From Selaginella moellendorffii (lineage: Eukaryota > Plantae > Lycopodiophyta): 64,000 nt of DNA. The translations under genes and the position numbers were made by a program. The notes beneath the pieces were generated by a model, which saw nothing but the letters and a program-made list of their open reading frames with translations, was not told where the DNA came from and ran no database searches. Numbering within the stretch: position 1 is the first letter of the stretch; every line of letters begins with the position of its first letter. Of this stretch, positions 45,502 to 58,200 are shown in pieces. The stretch spans positions 2,400,623-2,464,622 of the forward strand of contig NW_003314274.1 of NCBI RefSeq assembly GCF_000143415.4, given 5' to 3'.

Positions 45502-47917
45502 ATGAGCGAGGGAGCGATGGAGGCCACGGCGGTGAACTGGGGCGCGCTAGATGCGCTGGTGCTGGATTACTGCATCGCGGAGGAGCTAGTCGTCGTGGAG
45601 GACGATCTAGTGGATGATTCTAGTCGCGGTAACGTCGCTGCTCGTGACGCCATTCGGCAGATTAGGTCTCTCATCGAGTGTGGTGCCATCACCGAGTCTG
45701 TGGCGCTCCTCACCAAGCATGCTTCGCTGCTGATGCAGGACCAGCGATTTCTTTTCTGGCTCTATAAGCAGGTGAGTGATTTCTTCGATTGTTCTATTGA
45801 TTCAGCTCCTGCTTTCTCCATCCAGCACTTCATAGAAATTCTCCGTGGTGGTGGAAACGCTGCTCGTTTGCAGGCGATTGAGTGCTCTAGATCTCAGCTC
45901 GGGCCTTGCGCTCTTAACGCTTATCCGGTGGGTTTTTCTTCTTTTTTCTTTCTCTCTCGACTTAGTGCTGCTCGATATGCAGGAAGCGTACGAGGAGTTC
46001 AAGCGAGTTCTTCTTGCCTTGATATATGATAGTGATTATCAAAATTCTCCAGTTGCTGAAGAGGTTTGCATCGCAAAGTTTCGCTCACCTCGATTTACTG
46101 ATTTGCATTCTCGTTGCAGTGGTGCGAAGCGAGACGAGCAAACCTGGCGGCAACGGTGGCATCCACTTTGAAAGCTCACATGCATGCCGATGATCCGCTT
46201 TTCTCCTTGACGATTTGCTACTTGATCAGGTTTGTGTCACTGCTTTGGAAGCTACCTAACCTCCTGTTTGTTTGTCAGTGTACACAACGCATACTGCATG
46301 AGAAAGAATTTGCCGCTTGGAGATATCGCGTCCGACATACTTCTTAAAGACCGAGATCCTCCTCCGGCGTTTCAAGACCTGTCTGGGGAAGTGCAAACTT
46401 TCAATGAGGTACTGTTTTGCATCTGCTACCGTTTTCTGTTCACGAACCAGATGGTCACGTCTCAGGCGTCCAACCTCTGTGCCAGGTTGATGTACAAGCT
46501 CTAGCACAGGCGGCGGAGCTTCCCAGGCACGATGCCATCCACAGTCTAAGGTACACGCGCGGAGATGTCATGGCGGCTTTGAAGGTTTATTATCCGTTTT
46601 TTTTTCTTACATCACTGCTTTCCTAATCTCGTTCTTACCTCACAGAATGAGCTGAGCAGAATAAGAATAAACACATCCATCCTTGACAAGCTGGTGTGGG
46701 AATATTGTGTCTACAGAGGCTTGATTAACACCAGTCCAGAAGTCTCGAGTTCAGCGGATTCCGTGGCATCGCCGTCTGGAAGAACGACAGACGCTATGGA
46801 TGAAGACTCCTCACCGCGCATTGGTTCTGGGGATACAGTCTGTTCTAGAGCGGAAGAGGCTGATAGTAGTAGGAGCAAGAACTACAGATGGAAGGGTAGA
46901 CGTTCCAGCAAGCAACAGATGGCTGTGGTAAAAGCCGACGTGGAGATGGTGCCAGCAGAAAATTCAGTCAGTCTTTCCTTATCGCGTGCATTGGATTTGA
47001 GACTTAGATCGGCTGTTTTATAGGGGACACCTGATGCAGCCTTTGAGAAATACAGACGATCGGTACAAATACGGCAGCTGATCACGGAGAAGAAGATTCC
47101 GGAGGCAATTCAAGAAGTGGAACACTTGGACCCGTGTTTCTTTGAGAACCACCCGCAGCTTCTGTTCCAAATGAAACAGGTAAGGAGATGATATTATCCA
47201 TTCAATCCATTCATGAATTATCTCGTTTCCAGGTAGCGTTTTGTGCTTTGATAGAGGCTGGAGATCATAGCCGGGCGTTGGAGATCGCGAGGGTGGACTT
47301 GGGACCTCTTGCTGCAAAGCACGCGGATTTGCTCAAGCCTTTAAAGGAGACGGTGTTGAGTTTAGCGCGCAACCCGGGGGAGGCGTGCTCAAATCAAACA
47401 CCAGTCGCTGCTCTTGCCGCATCTGTACAGGTAGAGCGAAAACTCTGTTCCCTGAATCCACTCTGATATCTTGTCGGCGCGTACAGATGACTTTAAGTGC
47501 GAGCTTGGGCATCAGGGAGCCTCAACTCATGAAACTAATGAGGACGTGCCTGTTTGCTCACACGGAATGGTTCAAAGTCCAGATGTGCTCGGATCCTTTC
47601 GCGGACCTTCTCCAGATCAACTTGCTCAAGGAGGAAGAAGGCGCACCGTCCAAGGTGTCTGCACAGAAAGCGGAATCCGGCAGCGCGGAGGAGCAGCAGC
47701 AGCAGCAGGTTCCTCCGCAAGAGAAGCCACCGTTTGAAGAGTCCGCCATCTTGACAATCATGGTAACTTTGGGAGTTTTTCTTTCTTACATCTTGTGGAA
47801 ACCTCGGGGCTTTTGTTTTTGCAGGAGTGGATGGCATTGCCTCGTGGAGATGCCATCCAGCTTTTGGTGGATTACCATGGGAGCGTGGAGGAGGTTTTTG
47901 CACAGCTTATGGGTTAG
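45502..47917 (+). CDS. LisH/CTLH/CRA-domain protein (RanBPM/GID-related), multi-exon
   Basis: VNWGALDALVLDYC, FWLYKQ-HFIEILR, ALNAYP-EAYEEFK, second LisH LVWEYCVYRGL, LLFQMKQ, LGIREPQLMKLM. Confidence 0.82.
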
Positions 47918-48045
47918 AAAACAGTGTCTTCTTCTTCAGAGTAAAAGCACAGTTACATTGGATAGATCCTGTGAATCAAAGACCAAAATTTTAAGAGACA
48001 CAAACTGGTAGTACAGGAGGGGAGCTTGAAGATCACGCGGGAGGC

Positions 48046-51000
48046 TCAGATGATCCGGTTCCTGATGTCCTCTAGCTTCTTCATCACCTCTCCGGGAGTC
48101 CTGTCCAGCTCCTCGGCAATTTTGCGCTGTAAGTCTGGCGGAAGTGTGGGATATTGTTCGCATAGATCTCCATCAATAACATCCTGGATTTTAGACACTT
48201 GTCAGTACGAGCAAGAAGAAAAAAAGAGTGACAAAAAGGAAGAAGTCTACTGACCTTGACAGGGAAGTAGGCCGAGCGAAAAGCCATGTGATCGCGGCCG
48301 CACAGCGGTGGATGCTCCTGTCGCATATGCATCTCCAAGTGCGAGAAGAAATCCACGTCCTCTCGCGACGAGAATGGCAGCAGCGCCCCCACAGAGCCCA
48401 TGACCGTGCCATAGATCACGCTCTCGCCTCCGCCTGGGATGAGCGACGCCTTTTGCATGCACGTCACCACTTCCCCGACGTGGAACTGGATGATCTCCTC
48501 CACCTTGTTGGGAGCTCCGTTGAGCCGGCCCTGCTCCCACTTTATCTTGCCACCCGTCGGGTCGTCCTCGATCTCCTCCGACAGGTCTTGCGGCAGCCGC
48601 ACGAAGAAGAGGTTCCCGAACTTGTCTCCCGCGGCCATGGTGTCGAAGTCGATGTGCAGCGACGCTGTCAGCCACCTGGGGCTGCTGTCGTCGGCGAAGG
48701 CGTAGAGCTGGTTTTCGTCTCGCCGGTACTTGACGTAGTGGAAGGACTGCAACCAAAACAGAGCGTTAGCCACTGGCAGCACGCGAGCAAATGTGTTTTC
48801 TTACCTCTTGGATGTCGCCCACGTAGATCCTGTCGCCGTAACTGTGGATGGAGGTGATGGTGTTCGGGAAGTTTTTGTTCTCGCATTTCCTCAGCAGCTT
48901 CCGCTTGCCAAGGTCGTAGATCCGAAGTATCTGCCCGATGCCGGCAAGCAGACGGCCCTGGAACTGGCACAGAGCGGTCGGAACGCCGTCGATGGGTGTC
49001 TTGTGCACCAGCTCCAGAGATCTGCCGTCCTCGACAAACCGGTATATGTGGATGAAGCCACCCATCGATCTCCGCTTGGGCCACCACTCCAAGTCCTTGG
49101 CAGTACCCACAGCAAGAACTGTTCCGAGGTTCTTGTTGTCGTGAAAGTTGACGCAGCAGATGCTAAAGGCCGCCTCGTTCTCCTGCAGCTCCAGCAGGCA
49201 CGTTGTGGCCGCTGCCTTGGGATCCAGGACTCTGATGCACGACACCCACCTCCTCGAGTCGGTTTTGGGATAGCCATACTGCTCGTCAGGCATTGGCTCC
49301 TCCTCGGACTTCTCCTGGTTGTCGATCTCCATCATCCCGTTGTCTTGAGCTGCAGCGCTCCTGCTCATGTGCTCGCGCTCCTCGGTCGTGAACGTCCCCT
49401 GGTCGGTCTCGATGAGCACCAGAAACTTCCGCTTGGGATGCAGGATAAACTTCCTGGGCGTGTATCGAAGTTGGATGGACGTCTGGTTGAAAGTCTCCCC
49501 GAGCCTCTCAATCGTGAAGACTCGCAGCGCTTCGCCAGCCACGGCCACAACACCCTCTGCGCATTGGTCCGACGAGAAGGAGGCCGCATACTCCAGGGTC
49601 TCGTAAGAAAGTGGAGTCAGGAGGAAGTGTCCCTGGTGAATGTAACCGAGCCACGGCCGACTGGAGAGGCACAAGAGTGCCTGACGGCCCCGAACAGACG
49701 TCGCAAAGAGCTTGGGAGCTCTCAGGCCCAGAAACCTCGTTCGAGTCCCAGACAGCTGCCCGGTGACCATGTCAACTTCAGTCCTGAGAAGAACGCCGTT
49801 CTGAAGGCCGGCGTTGAGGAAAACACTCGCTGGATACACTGCACCATCTTCTCCACCTGTTGACGCCTGAACTTCGAGCAAGAGCAGTGACTCTGGTGGG
49901 GAAGCCACCATCTGGACGCTCAAGATGTGCATGCAATCGTTGGGATCGAGCGAGAGGATGCGAATGGTGTTGTCGTAGGAGCCAACAGCGAGGAACCGAG
50001 AACGCTGCCTGCCTTCTGGAACTGGGCCTATAGCCAAGCAGGCCACATCCCCCGACATTTCTCGCTTCTCTATCTCCATGAGCTGCCCCGTCGGATCCAT
50101 CTCGAAGTAAATCAGCTCACCGCCGCTCAAGCCTATCACCACCTGCATCCTGTTGGAGCCAACTTTGACGATGGTCTTCTTGCCGGGAGTTTTCCACTCG
50201 TTTATGCGCACTAATGACCGAATGTGTCGGATCCCATTGGGATACACCTGCATTAGCGAGTCGTCCCCGAGCAGAGAAACTTGAAGAGAAGGTGTCGTGT
50301 CCAGAAATCCGCTGTCACTGACTTCCTCCACTGTTTCGCCGATGGACAGCACCAGCGTAGCGTTCAGAAAGGACACCACGATGTAGGCATCGAACTCGTC
50401 GGTGACACTCTTCTTCACCGTCCACACAGCACTCGGTACTCCCGGCAGCTGTGACACTGCCATCTCGGACACTGCAAGACCCGGCCTGAGTATCCGCAGC
50501 GTCGAACGAGGACCTCTCCCGCAAGCCACGAAAATCTGGGGTGTTTCCTCTTCGAACAAGTTGGCAATCTTCATGTCCATAATTGGCATGAGGCTCTCCC
50601 CCTCGTCTATCTGGATCAAGTTCTTGAGTTTGCGGGGCTGGAAAAAGATGGGCTTAAAACCATCTTCGGTCTCCTCTAGAGTTGCAGAAGAGGATTCTAC
50701 GTCCGGGTCGTCGCCAATACCCTGGAACTGATAGAGCGCATGGTTTCCAAACTCGGAAGCAGCAAAGAGGAAGCCGCTCTTGAGAACGCACATTGCCGAG
50801 GTGACGGGAAAGGTGTCGAAGTACTTGATCTTGAGCTCTGTCACCACCATATCCGTATCGTTGAAGCTCAGCGTCACCTTAAAAACATCCCCATACTCGG
50901 TCTGGAGGAGAAAGAAAAAGACGCTCTTTTGCCTGTGCGTCGAGGCCGAAACGACGAGCACACCCCTGTCCGCCGGCAAGTCGGCTCGCCTGGGGATCAG

Positions 51001-51798
51001 AGCTCTCAGCTCTTGGGACTGGTTCTTGTAGATGACGAAGTTATCCGCGCAGACCAAGACTCCACTGGGTCCATCGGCACCGCCGGGAACGGTGACGAGC
51101 ATGTTGGCACCATTGTCTATGGGCTCGCTCCACTTGCGAACGACGTGATTCAGTCCCAGGTCCAGCTCGTAGAAAGTGAGGTGCTTCTGTGCCTCGAGCG
51201 CCGCCTGGCCCGTGGCGTCCTGGTCGGCGTCCGAGTAGTCGAGCTCGATGGCGGCGAACATCGGGTTCTCAAAGCCACAGTCCACCCCGACGAGGGAGTA
51301 GACGACGGTGTGGGACTTGTGAGCCTCCAAAGGAGAGGAAATGGTGAGCCTGGCCGCGTTGTCCCGGTTGAGCACGTAGACGAGCTTCTGCTTCTCGGTG
51401 GCGGCGATCATCACCGCCCGGCCCTTTGGATCCACGGACAAGAACTGGCCGGGCACGATGCGGCGGCACCCAGATTTCCCAAACGTCTCCTTGTGGACGG
51501 GATCGAAGGCGTTCCTGTCGCGATTGTACTCGAGGATGACGATCTTGCCCGAGTCGGAGCCGACGACGAGGTAATCCTTGTGGGATCCGGTGAGGCGGAA
51601 CTGCGCGAGCGAGCGAACGACGCCAAATATTTCCACCGCGAGCAGCGTCTGGAGCTTGCCATTGTCGTCGGGGCGCAGGAGCTCTAGGATCTTACCGCGG
51701 CCGATAACGATCTCCTGGCTCTTGCCGCCGATGAAGTTGCCGTAGCAGGCGCACACGATCCCAGTGGCGCGCTGCAGCGTCAGGCTGTACAAGAACAT
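48046..51798 (-). CDS. SF3B3: Splicing factor 3B subunit 3 (SAP130/RSE1)
   Basis: MFLYSLTLQRATGI; ETFGKSGCRRIVPGQ; LRKCENK; HPPLCGRDHMAFRSAYFPVK; two short introns near the 3' end. Confidence 0.97.
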
Positions 51799-51811
51799 TG
51801 CCGCTGAGCTA

Positions 51812-51819
51812 AAACCCTA
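51812..51819 (+). promoter_or_regulatory. Telo-box (AAACCCTA) just upstream of the SF3B3 start
   Basis: Exact AAACCCTA 14-21 bp from the ATG. Further exact copies (reverse complement) at 16504-16511 and 16651-16658; near matches beside several other start codons. Confidence 0.55.
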
Positions 51820-51948
51820 GCCCGAGAGCTCAAGAGCCCTAACGCATCAAAAGAGAATATCCTGTGAACTCATTTAACCAACAAACGTTTACTTCTTCTT
51901 TCACTATCAACAAATCAAACGCCAACCCAACCTCGCCTGCCTCGTTAG

Positions 51949-53271
51949 TCATTTCTTCAAAACACTGCCAATCAAGCGAGCAGAGAGCATGAATGAGACG
52001 GTGCAAAGGGAAGGAAATCTTGGACTTACTTATACAAGTATCCAGCGATTCCTAAAACGATGCACAAAAGAATGATATCGATGCAGAAATTCCTGCTAGA
52101 TCGCATCTACAGCGAACAAAGTCCCGGTCAGAAGCCACAATTTCGAGAAAGTAAGCAAGAGGTACCTTGTTCACAGTATCTTTCAATCTCACGTTCGTGG
52201 TTCTAAGCTCAGCGTTGGCGTAATCCACCTGCGGCAACACTCAACATTCAGCTTTCTTCCAGATCAACAAACAATGAATGCCGCACCTTGCTGTCAATCT
52301 CATCGATCAGAGGGACCTGCCTGTCCATTTCCTGTAGAAATAGTCACGGATTTAAATCGGCACTTGAAAGAAGGCATAGAATAGATCTTACTTCGTTGAT
52401 ATCTTGAGCCATGTTTCGCAAAGTGGAGAGACCTTCGGCTATTGTATCCAGGCCTTGATCCTACCAAAGAACAAAAACACAACTTCACCGTTAGACAATA
52501 GAAAAGAATAAAAGCAAAGTGCAAGTCAGCTTTACCTGTCTAGCTTTCCGAGTCTCGTAATCCTGTCGGAACCCCTTCGATTCTTCGGAGTGCTCGTACT
52601 GCTCGGGACGCATCACGTCCTCTAGAGGTTGCATGAAAGAACTATAACCTCCGAAGAAATGATAGAAGCTTTTTCTAGAAACATACCGGGACTAACCGAG
52701 TCGATCTTGATCTCCATTTTGTTGTTGGACGCGCTTTTGCTGTTGCCCCAGCTGCTTCGTTTGTTCCCCAAGTTTGTTCCCTCTGGAATCGATTCAATCT
52801 TCTCAGCAAGCGCAAGAACGAGGTCTGGACGAGCTTCCATTTCTTCCCTGGAAAGTCCCTTCACCTGGACAAACAAACCAAAATTTCCTTGATTATGATA
52901 CCACCGCGGGCATACACAAACTATGCTAGCTTACCTTTCTAGGAGCGAGCTTCTCCAGCTTTGGGATCTCATTCCTTAGCGCGGCCTTGGATCGGCGGAC
53001 TTCGGCATTCAATGCGGCTACAGTAGCTCGATTCTTCTCCGTGGCGGCCTCGTTCGCTTTCTGGACAGGGATAATCGCCTCACTGGGCGCTCGGCGGTGG
53101 AAATTTTGGTGTTACCTGGAGCGTGGTCTCCACATCCGCGTTGAGCACCGTGTAGAGCTTGAGGAAGCCATCGGTGGAGGAGATCTGCGCGTCCCGCTGC
53201 CGATCCAGGTCATACTTCTCGTACTTCTGGCACAGCGCATCGACGCGCGTGAGAATGTCGATGACGCTCAT
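51949..53271 (-). CDS. SYP7-family Qc-SNARE (SYP71-like), multi-exon
   Basis: MSVIDILTRVDALCQKYEKYD; SNARE motif with QDQGLD; RNFCIDIIL TM anchor ending YNVLKK*. Confidence 0.93.
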
Positions 53272-53406
53272 CTTGCGCTTCCCTCAAAAACCAAAGCCCT
53301 CACTCTCTTCGCAAGCTCCCCTCGTCGGGGGTTCGAATCCGGGGAGCTCGATTCTATTTAACCTAAACTTTCTGGGTATCGAACCACGACCGGGTGTTAT
53401 AAGAAA

Positions 53407-55187
53407 ATGGCCATGGCAGCACCATCGTCGTGGGAAGCAGGGATTTGGCACAAGAAGAAGAGCAATGGACGCATTCCTCTCGGCGCCATCGCGAGAAAGC
53501 ATGGTAATATCGCCATGTCTTGCAGCTCCTTCTCGTCACTGCTGCTCTCCAGATCCAAGGACGATCATCATCCGGTGGAGCGCGAGAGAGATCCCAAGAA
53601 GCGCGTGGTGATCACCGGCATGGGATTGGTGTCCGTCTTCGGCAACGATGTGGATTCCTTCTACGACAAGCTCCTCCAGGGCGAGAGCGGGATCACGCTC
53701 ATCGACCGCTTCGACGCGTCCAAGTTCCCGACGCGATTCGGCGGCCAGATCCGCAACTTCTCGTCCCAGGGCTACATCGATGGCAAGAACGACCGGCGCC
53801 TCGACGATTGCCTGCGCTACTGCCTGGTGAGTGGGAAGAAGGCGCTAGAGAACGCGGAGCTGGATACAAGCAAGGTAAAATCTCTCGAGCTCCTCAAATA
53901 TTTCGATGATATGATCGCTGCATTGTCTGTCTAGATCGACAAGGAGCGTGTTGGCGTCGTGGTGGGATCGGGAATGGGAGGTCTGTCGGTGTTCTCGGAT
54001 GCTGTCCAGGCGCTCGGTGACAAAGGCCACCGCCGCATCACTCCTTTTTTCATTCCCTACACCATCACCAACATGGGCTCGGCGCTCATCGCCATCGAGC
54101 TGGGATTCATGGGGCCGAATTACTCCATCTCCACAGCCTGTGCCACTTCCAACTACTGCTTCTGCGCTGCGGCCAATCACATTCGTCGCGGGGAGGCCGA
54201 CGTTATGCTTACCGGTGGCACCGAGGCCCCGATCATCCCAGTCGGGCTTGGCGGATTCGTTGCTTGCCGGGCTCTGTCGCAGAGGAACAGCGATCCCCAG
54301 ACAGCTTCTCGGCCATGGGACAGAGATCGAGATGGATTTGTCATTGGAGAAGGCGCCGGAATTCTGGTATGATCTTCCATCTTTCTTACGTAGTATGATC
54401 TCCCATCTTTTGTTTTTTCCTGGCGTGGTTTTCCAACTTTCCAACTTTGTACCAGGTGATGGAGAGTTTGGATCACGCCATGAGGCGAAACGCGCCCATT
54501 CTTGCGGAGTACTTGGGTGGCGCTGTCACTTGTGATGCTTACCACATGACTGACCCTCGAGCCGATGGATTGGGAGTTTCAACGTGCATTACGCGTGCAC
54601 TAGATGACGCGGGTGTACATCCAGAAGAGGTATTATCTCTTTGCGCTCGTCTCGATCATTCTCACCAAGGTCTTCAGGTGAATTTTATAAACGCTCACGC
54701 TACATCCACTCCAGTTGGCGACATGGCTGAGGTGAATGCCATTAAAAAAGTATTCAAGGATACGTCGGAGATGAAGATGAACGCTACCAAGGTACGTCTG
54801 ATTGCTGCAATGCTGCTATTGTAACTTGAGTTTTTCTAGTCGATGATTGGACATTCTCTTGGAGCCTGTGGTGGCCTGGAAGCCATTGCCACCATCAAGG
54901 CTATAAAGACTGGATGGGTTCATCCAACTATCAACCAATTTGTGAGTCGGAATAGCTTGCTTGTTCACGATCACTCACAATCCTTTCGGCAGAATGTTGA
55001 CCCGCTAGTAACATGTTTTGATACGGTTCCAAACGTGAAGAAACAGCACGAGATCAATGTTGGTAAGTAAAACTACGTCGTTGGAAGCAAGGCAGTACTA
55101 ACACGACTCCACACAACAGCTATTTCGAACTCGTTTGGCTTTGGAGGCCACAATTCGGTGGTCGTCTTCGCACCGTTTGTTCACTAA
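53407..55187 (+). CDS. KASI: Plastid beta-ketoacyl-ACP synthase I, multi-exon
   Basis: ERDPKKRVVITGMG; YSISTACATSNY (catalytic Cys); INAHATST; SMIGHSLGA; NSFGFGGHNS. Confidence 0.93.
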
Positions 55188-55290
55188 GTAAAAATATCTA
55201 TTCAGTTTCCCCAGACAGCCAACACGTCTTGCTGGCGAGAGCAAGACGATTTAAAATATACAGTCTAGTAAGCGAGCTGGAAATAATCTC

Positions 55291-58200
55291 TCAAGTCTTT
55301 TGCGAGTCCTTTCTGGTCGGCTTTCTCAAATCGTCGAAACTGGGTTTGCCATTGTATTCCTGTGACGAAGGCTTTAAAGAAAAGAAAAAACTTTGGTTCT
55401 GGGACAGTCTTACCTCTGCTCGCGCACACTTGCTATTGCGTCTCGACTCTAAGACGCTCGCTTCTGCATGGTTTATACATTTTCCATGGAAACGAACGTG
55501 GCCATCCGTGTCGTTCACAGTTTCGATCTGGAGCAAGCCCTGTAATGGAGGATCATCACTTTGCGAAAAAAAAAAGAAAGAAGCAAACAATGTCCTAACC
55601 TTGGAATGAGCACACCAGGCATGAAAAGGAACAGCACACTTCGCCTCGTGACACTGAATACAGGAGCCACCTTCTCGTTTGCATATGGTGCAAGTCTAAA
55701 CAAGAACCCCGAACAGAGAAAAACATAAGACCATAAGACCAAAGTTTTTTCTCTACGTACCAGTCGTCTCCTGGAAACCGAAACTCCAGATACGTCGAAC
55801 ATCCCCATCGTTCCAAGGTTGAGGCACCTCGTCCCGGGCATCCACAGGGCGCACACCATATGAACCCATTGTGCGACGCTCGGATCACTCACGGAAGCCG
55901 TGATGGTGTTGCTGACTTCTTCGATTTCCCTGGCGCTGTTTCTCTCCGATCGGCGTACCTGCTTAAGCCCGGGCTTGGGCCGTTCACCGCTTCCGGCCTT
56001 CCATGCCTTAAGTAGTCCCTTCACGACGGTCTGCGCGTTTTGAGCTCGAGTCATCGCCCCGCCGCGATATCCACAGAGGACACACACCTGGAATGAAACC
56101 ACTCGTCCATCAGCAACTGGCTAACAAGTTAAACTACTTACGATGTTCTCGACTTCGGACTTGCATGGACGGCACGTCCACGAGGACTTTGGAACCTTAG
56201 GAACTCCGTAGCAAGCTTGATGGACCTGCTTTGAGCGCAAAATTCGTAAATCGTTTAACAACAAATTTCGTTACCTTCACTGGACACGCGCTACAGTAGA
56301 TGAGCTGATTGTGTGATTCGGACTTTGAACTCCCACAAACGGAGCAAGCGTTTTCCTTGACAGGTTGAGCCTTCTTGCAATGCTTCTTCAGCTCCAACTC
56401 ATCTTCTACACACTTCAGTTTTACTGTCTGCGTTGTTCCAGGTTCACGACTGCCGCTGCATGGCAAAAACAATTTTAGTCCATCCCGCAACTTTGAAACT
56501 CCAAACCTGAAAGTAGAGGTTGTTTGTTGGTGATTCGTAGTCCTCCTTCGCTTTACGCCTTCGGTTTCTGCTAATGAGCTCTTCCCTGTCTGCCCTGACT
56601 CCAGTTTCTTTTTCGCAACCGACGATGTCTGTCTTTGGGAATCATCTTCAGTTGCTAGAGACTTCGTTTTCCTGGTAGCTCCTCTTGGAGACCTTTCACC
56701 ACGAGGAATGATACTTTGTCCCACTCTGAAAGGCCGACAAGTTACGTTTGCAGAAGGGTCAGGTATTGACGAATTGAGCTCAGACAGCTTACGCTTGCGG
56801 ATCTCTTTGCGTAGAGCACCACCATCTTCCTTACACCCCTGTCCTTCAGCATTCTTTGAAAAACGGGGAAATCCTTCCAGACTGATTCTCCGTTCAGTTG
56901 CGTGCTTCATTATCGACTTCATTGACATCATCTTCCCGTTTCCACCGTTCCCCGTCCGGTTGTGTTTTCTTTGATCGCTACTGTCGGAATCCTGTTCGTC
57001 TGTGCCGGCTGGTGGGTCTCGACTCTTAACTTTGATTTTCAAGAGAGTGTTTTTCTGCTTCCCCCCGGCTATGTCGCCGTGCGAGTCCTTGAGAAGGAGA
57101 GATGCAGAACGGGTCTTCCTCACAGTTGTTCTCGATCGCTTTTGCTTCGGTGTAAGCTTACATAGAGCGGTGTTTTGTTCCTCATCATCCCTTTGCTGCC
57201 GTCGGTTCGAAGCAGGGAGCTCGGAAACGCCTGAATCATTACCCTTGGAATTCCTAGCCATGATTGTGTCGTTGAGGCTCGCCACCTTTTTCCGGCCTCT
57301 TCTTTCAACCTTGTCTTCATGTTGCACTTCTTGCAACCCTTCTATCATGACGGACTCATTAGCCTCGCTGGAAGAGCGGTCGCTTGGTGAGAGTGATAAC
57401 TCCCGAGTATCTCCAGCTTCAAACTTTTCGGAGCTGGATTTTCCAATACCCGAGCCTTCATCAATTAAGTCATGCTCTCGGCTCTCCGACTCCAGTGTCG
57501 AGGCTTCATCATTCACGTCGTCGTGTGCATCTGAAAAACTCGCAACGTTCTCCGAGCTTTTAGTTGAAACCTCGCTAGTTTCATCCTCGTCCTCGAGTGA
57601 GGTGGTCTTGCCAGCTAGAATGCCTTCACCCGTGGTTTCACTGGGGACTTCTAAGCCATCACACGGCTTTGCAGGGGCGTTCCACGCAAAGGAACCATTT
57701 TCAAGCGGCACGTTTTTTTCCGAATGAACTGCGCCTGTAGGCAACTCATTTTCACCAACCGATACTAGTAGCCCAGAATTTGCCGGTATAATTGACGATG
57801 TATCTTCGTGGTGCTGGCCTGGTTTCCCCTCTAGAAGACTATCCCTTGTCAGATTTTGCGAGCTGGTGGCATGACTATTTCTTTCACCTGGTACTAAGAG
57901 CGCGGTAGAGTTTCTGCAGAAAGAGCTGATATAGTTTAAGCATATGCAGACTTAACCGACCTGTTTGCTTCGTCGACAATGTATGGATGCTCCACTGTCG
58001 CCTTGTGATCCAAAGCACTTTTTCCTGAAGTGAAGAATACAACTTAGAAACGTAATCCTCAGCGTAGATTATACCTGGAGTGGCAATCGAAGGATTCGCT
58101 GGTTCTGTTTCAGCTCTCCCGATGTCACATAAACGTGCTTTGGTTCTAAATTGCTCGCCGATCTGAAGAGCTTCCTGTCCATCGAGCACAGATCCTGTTG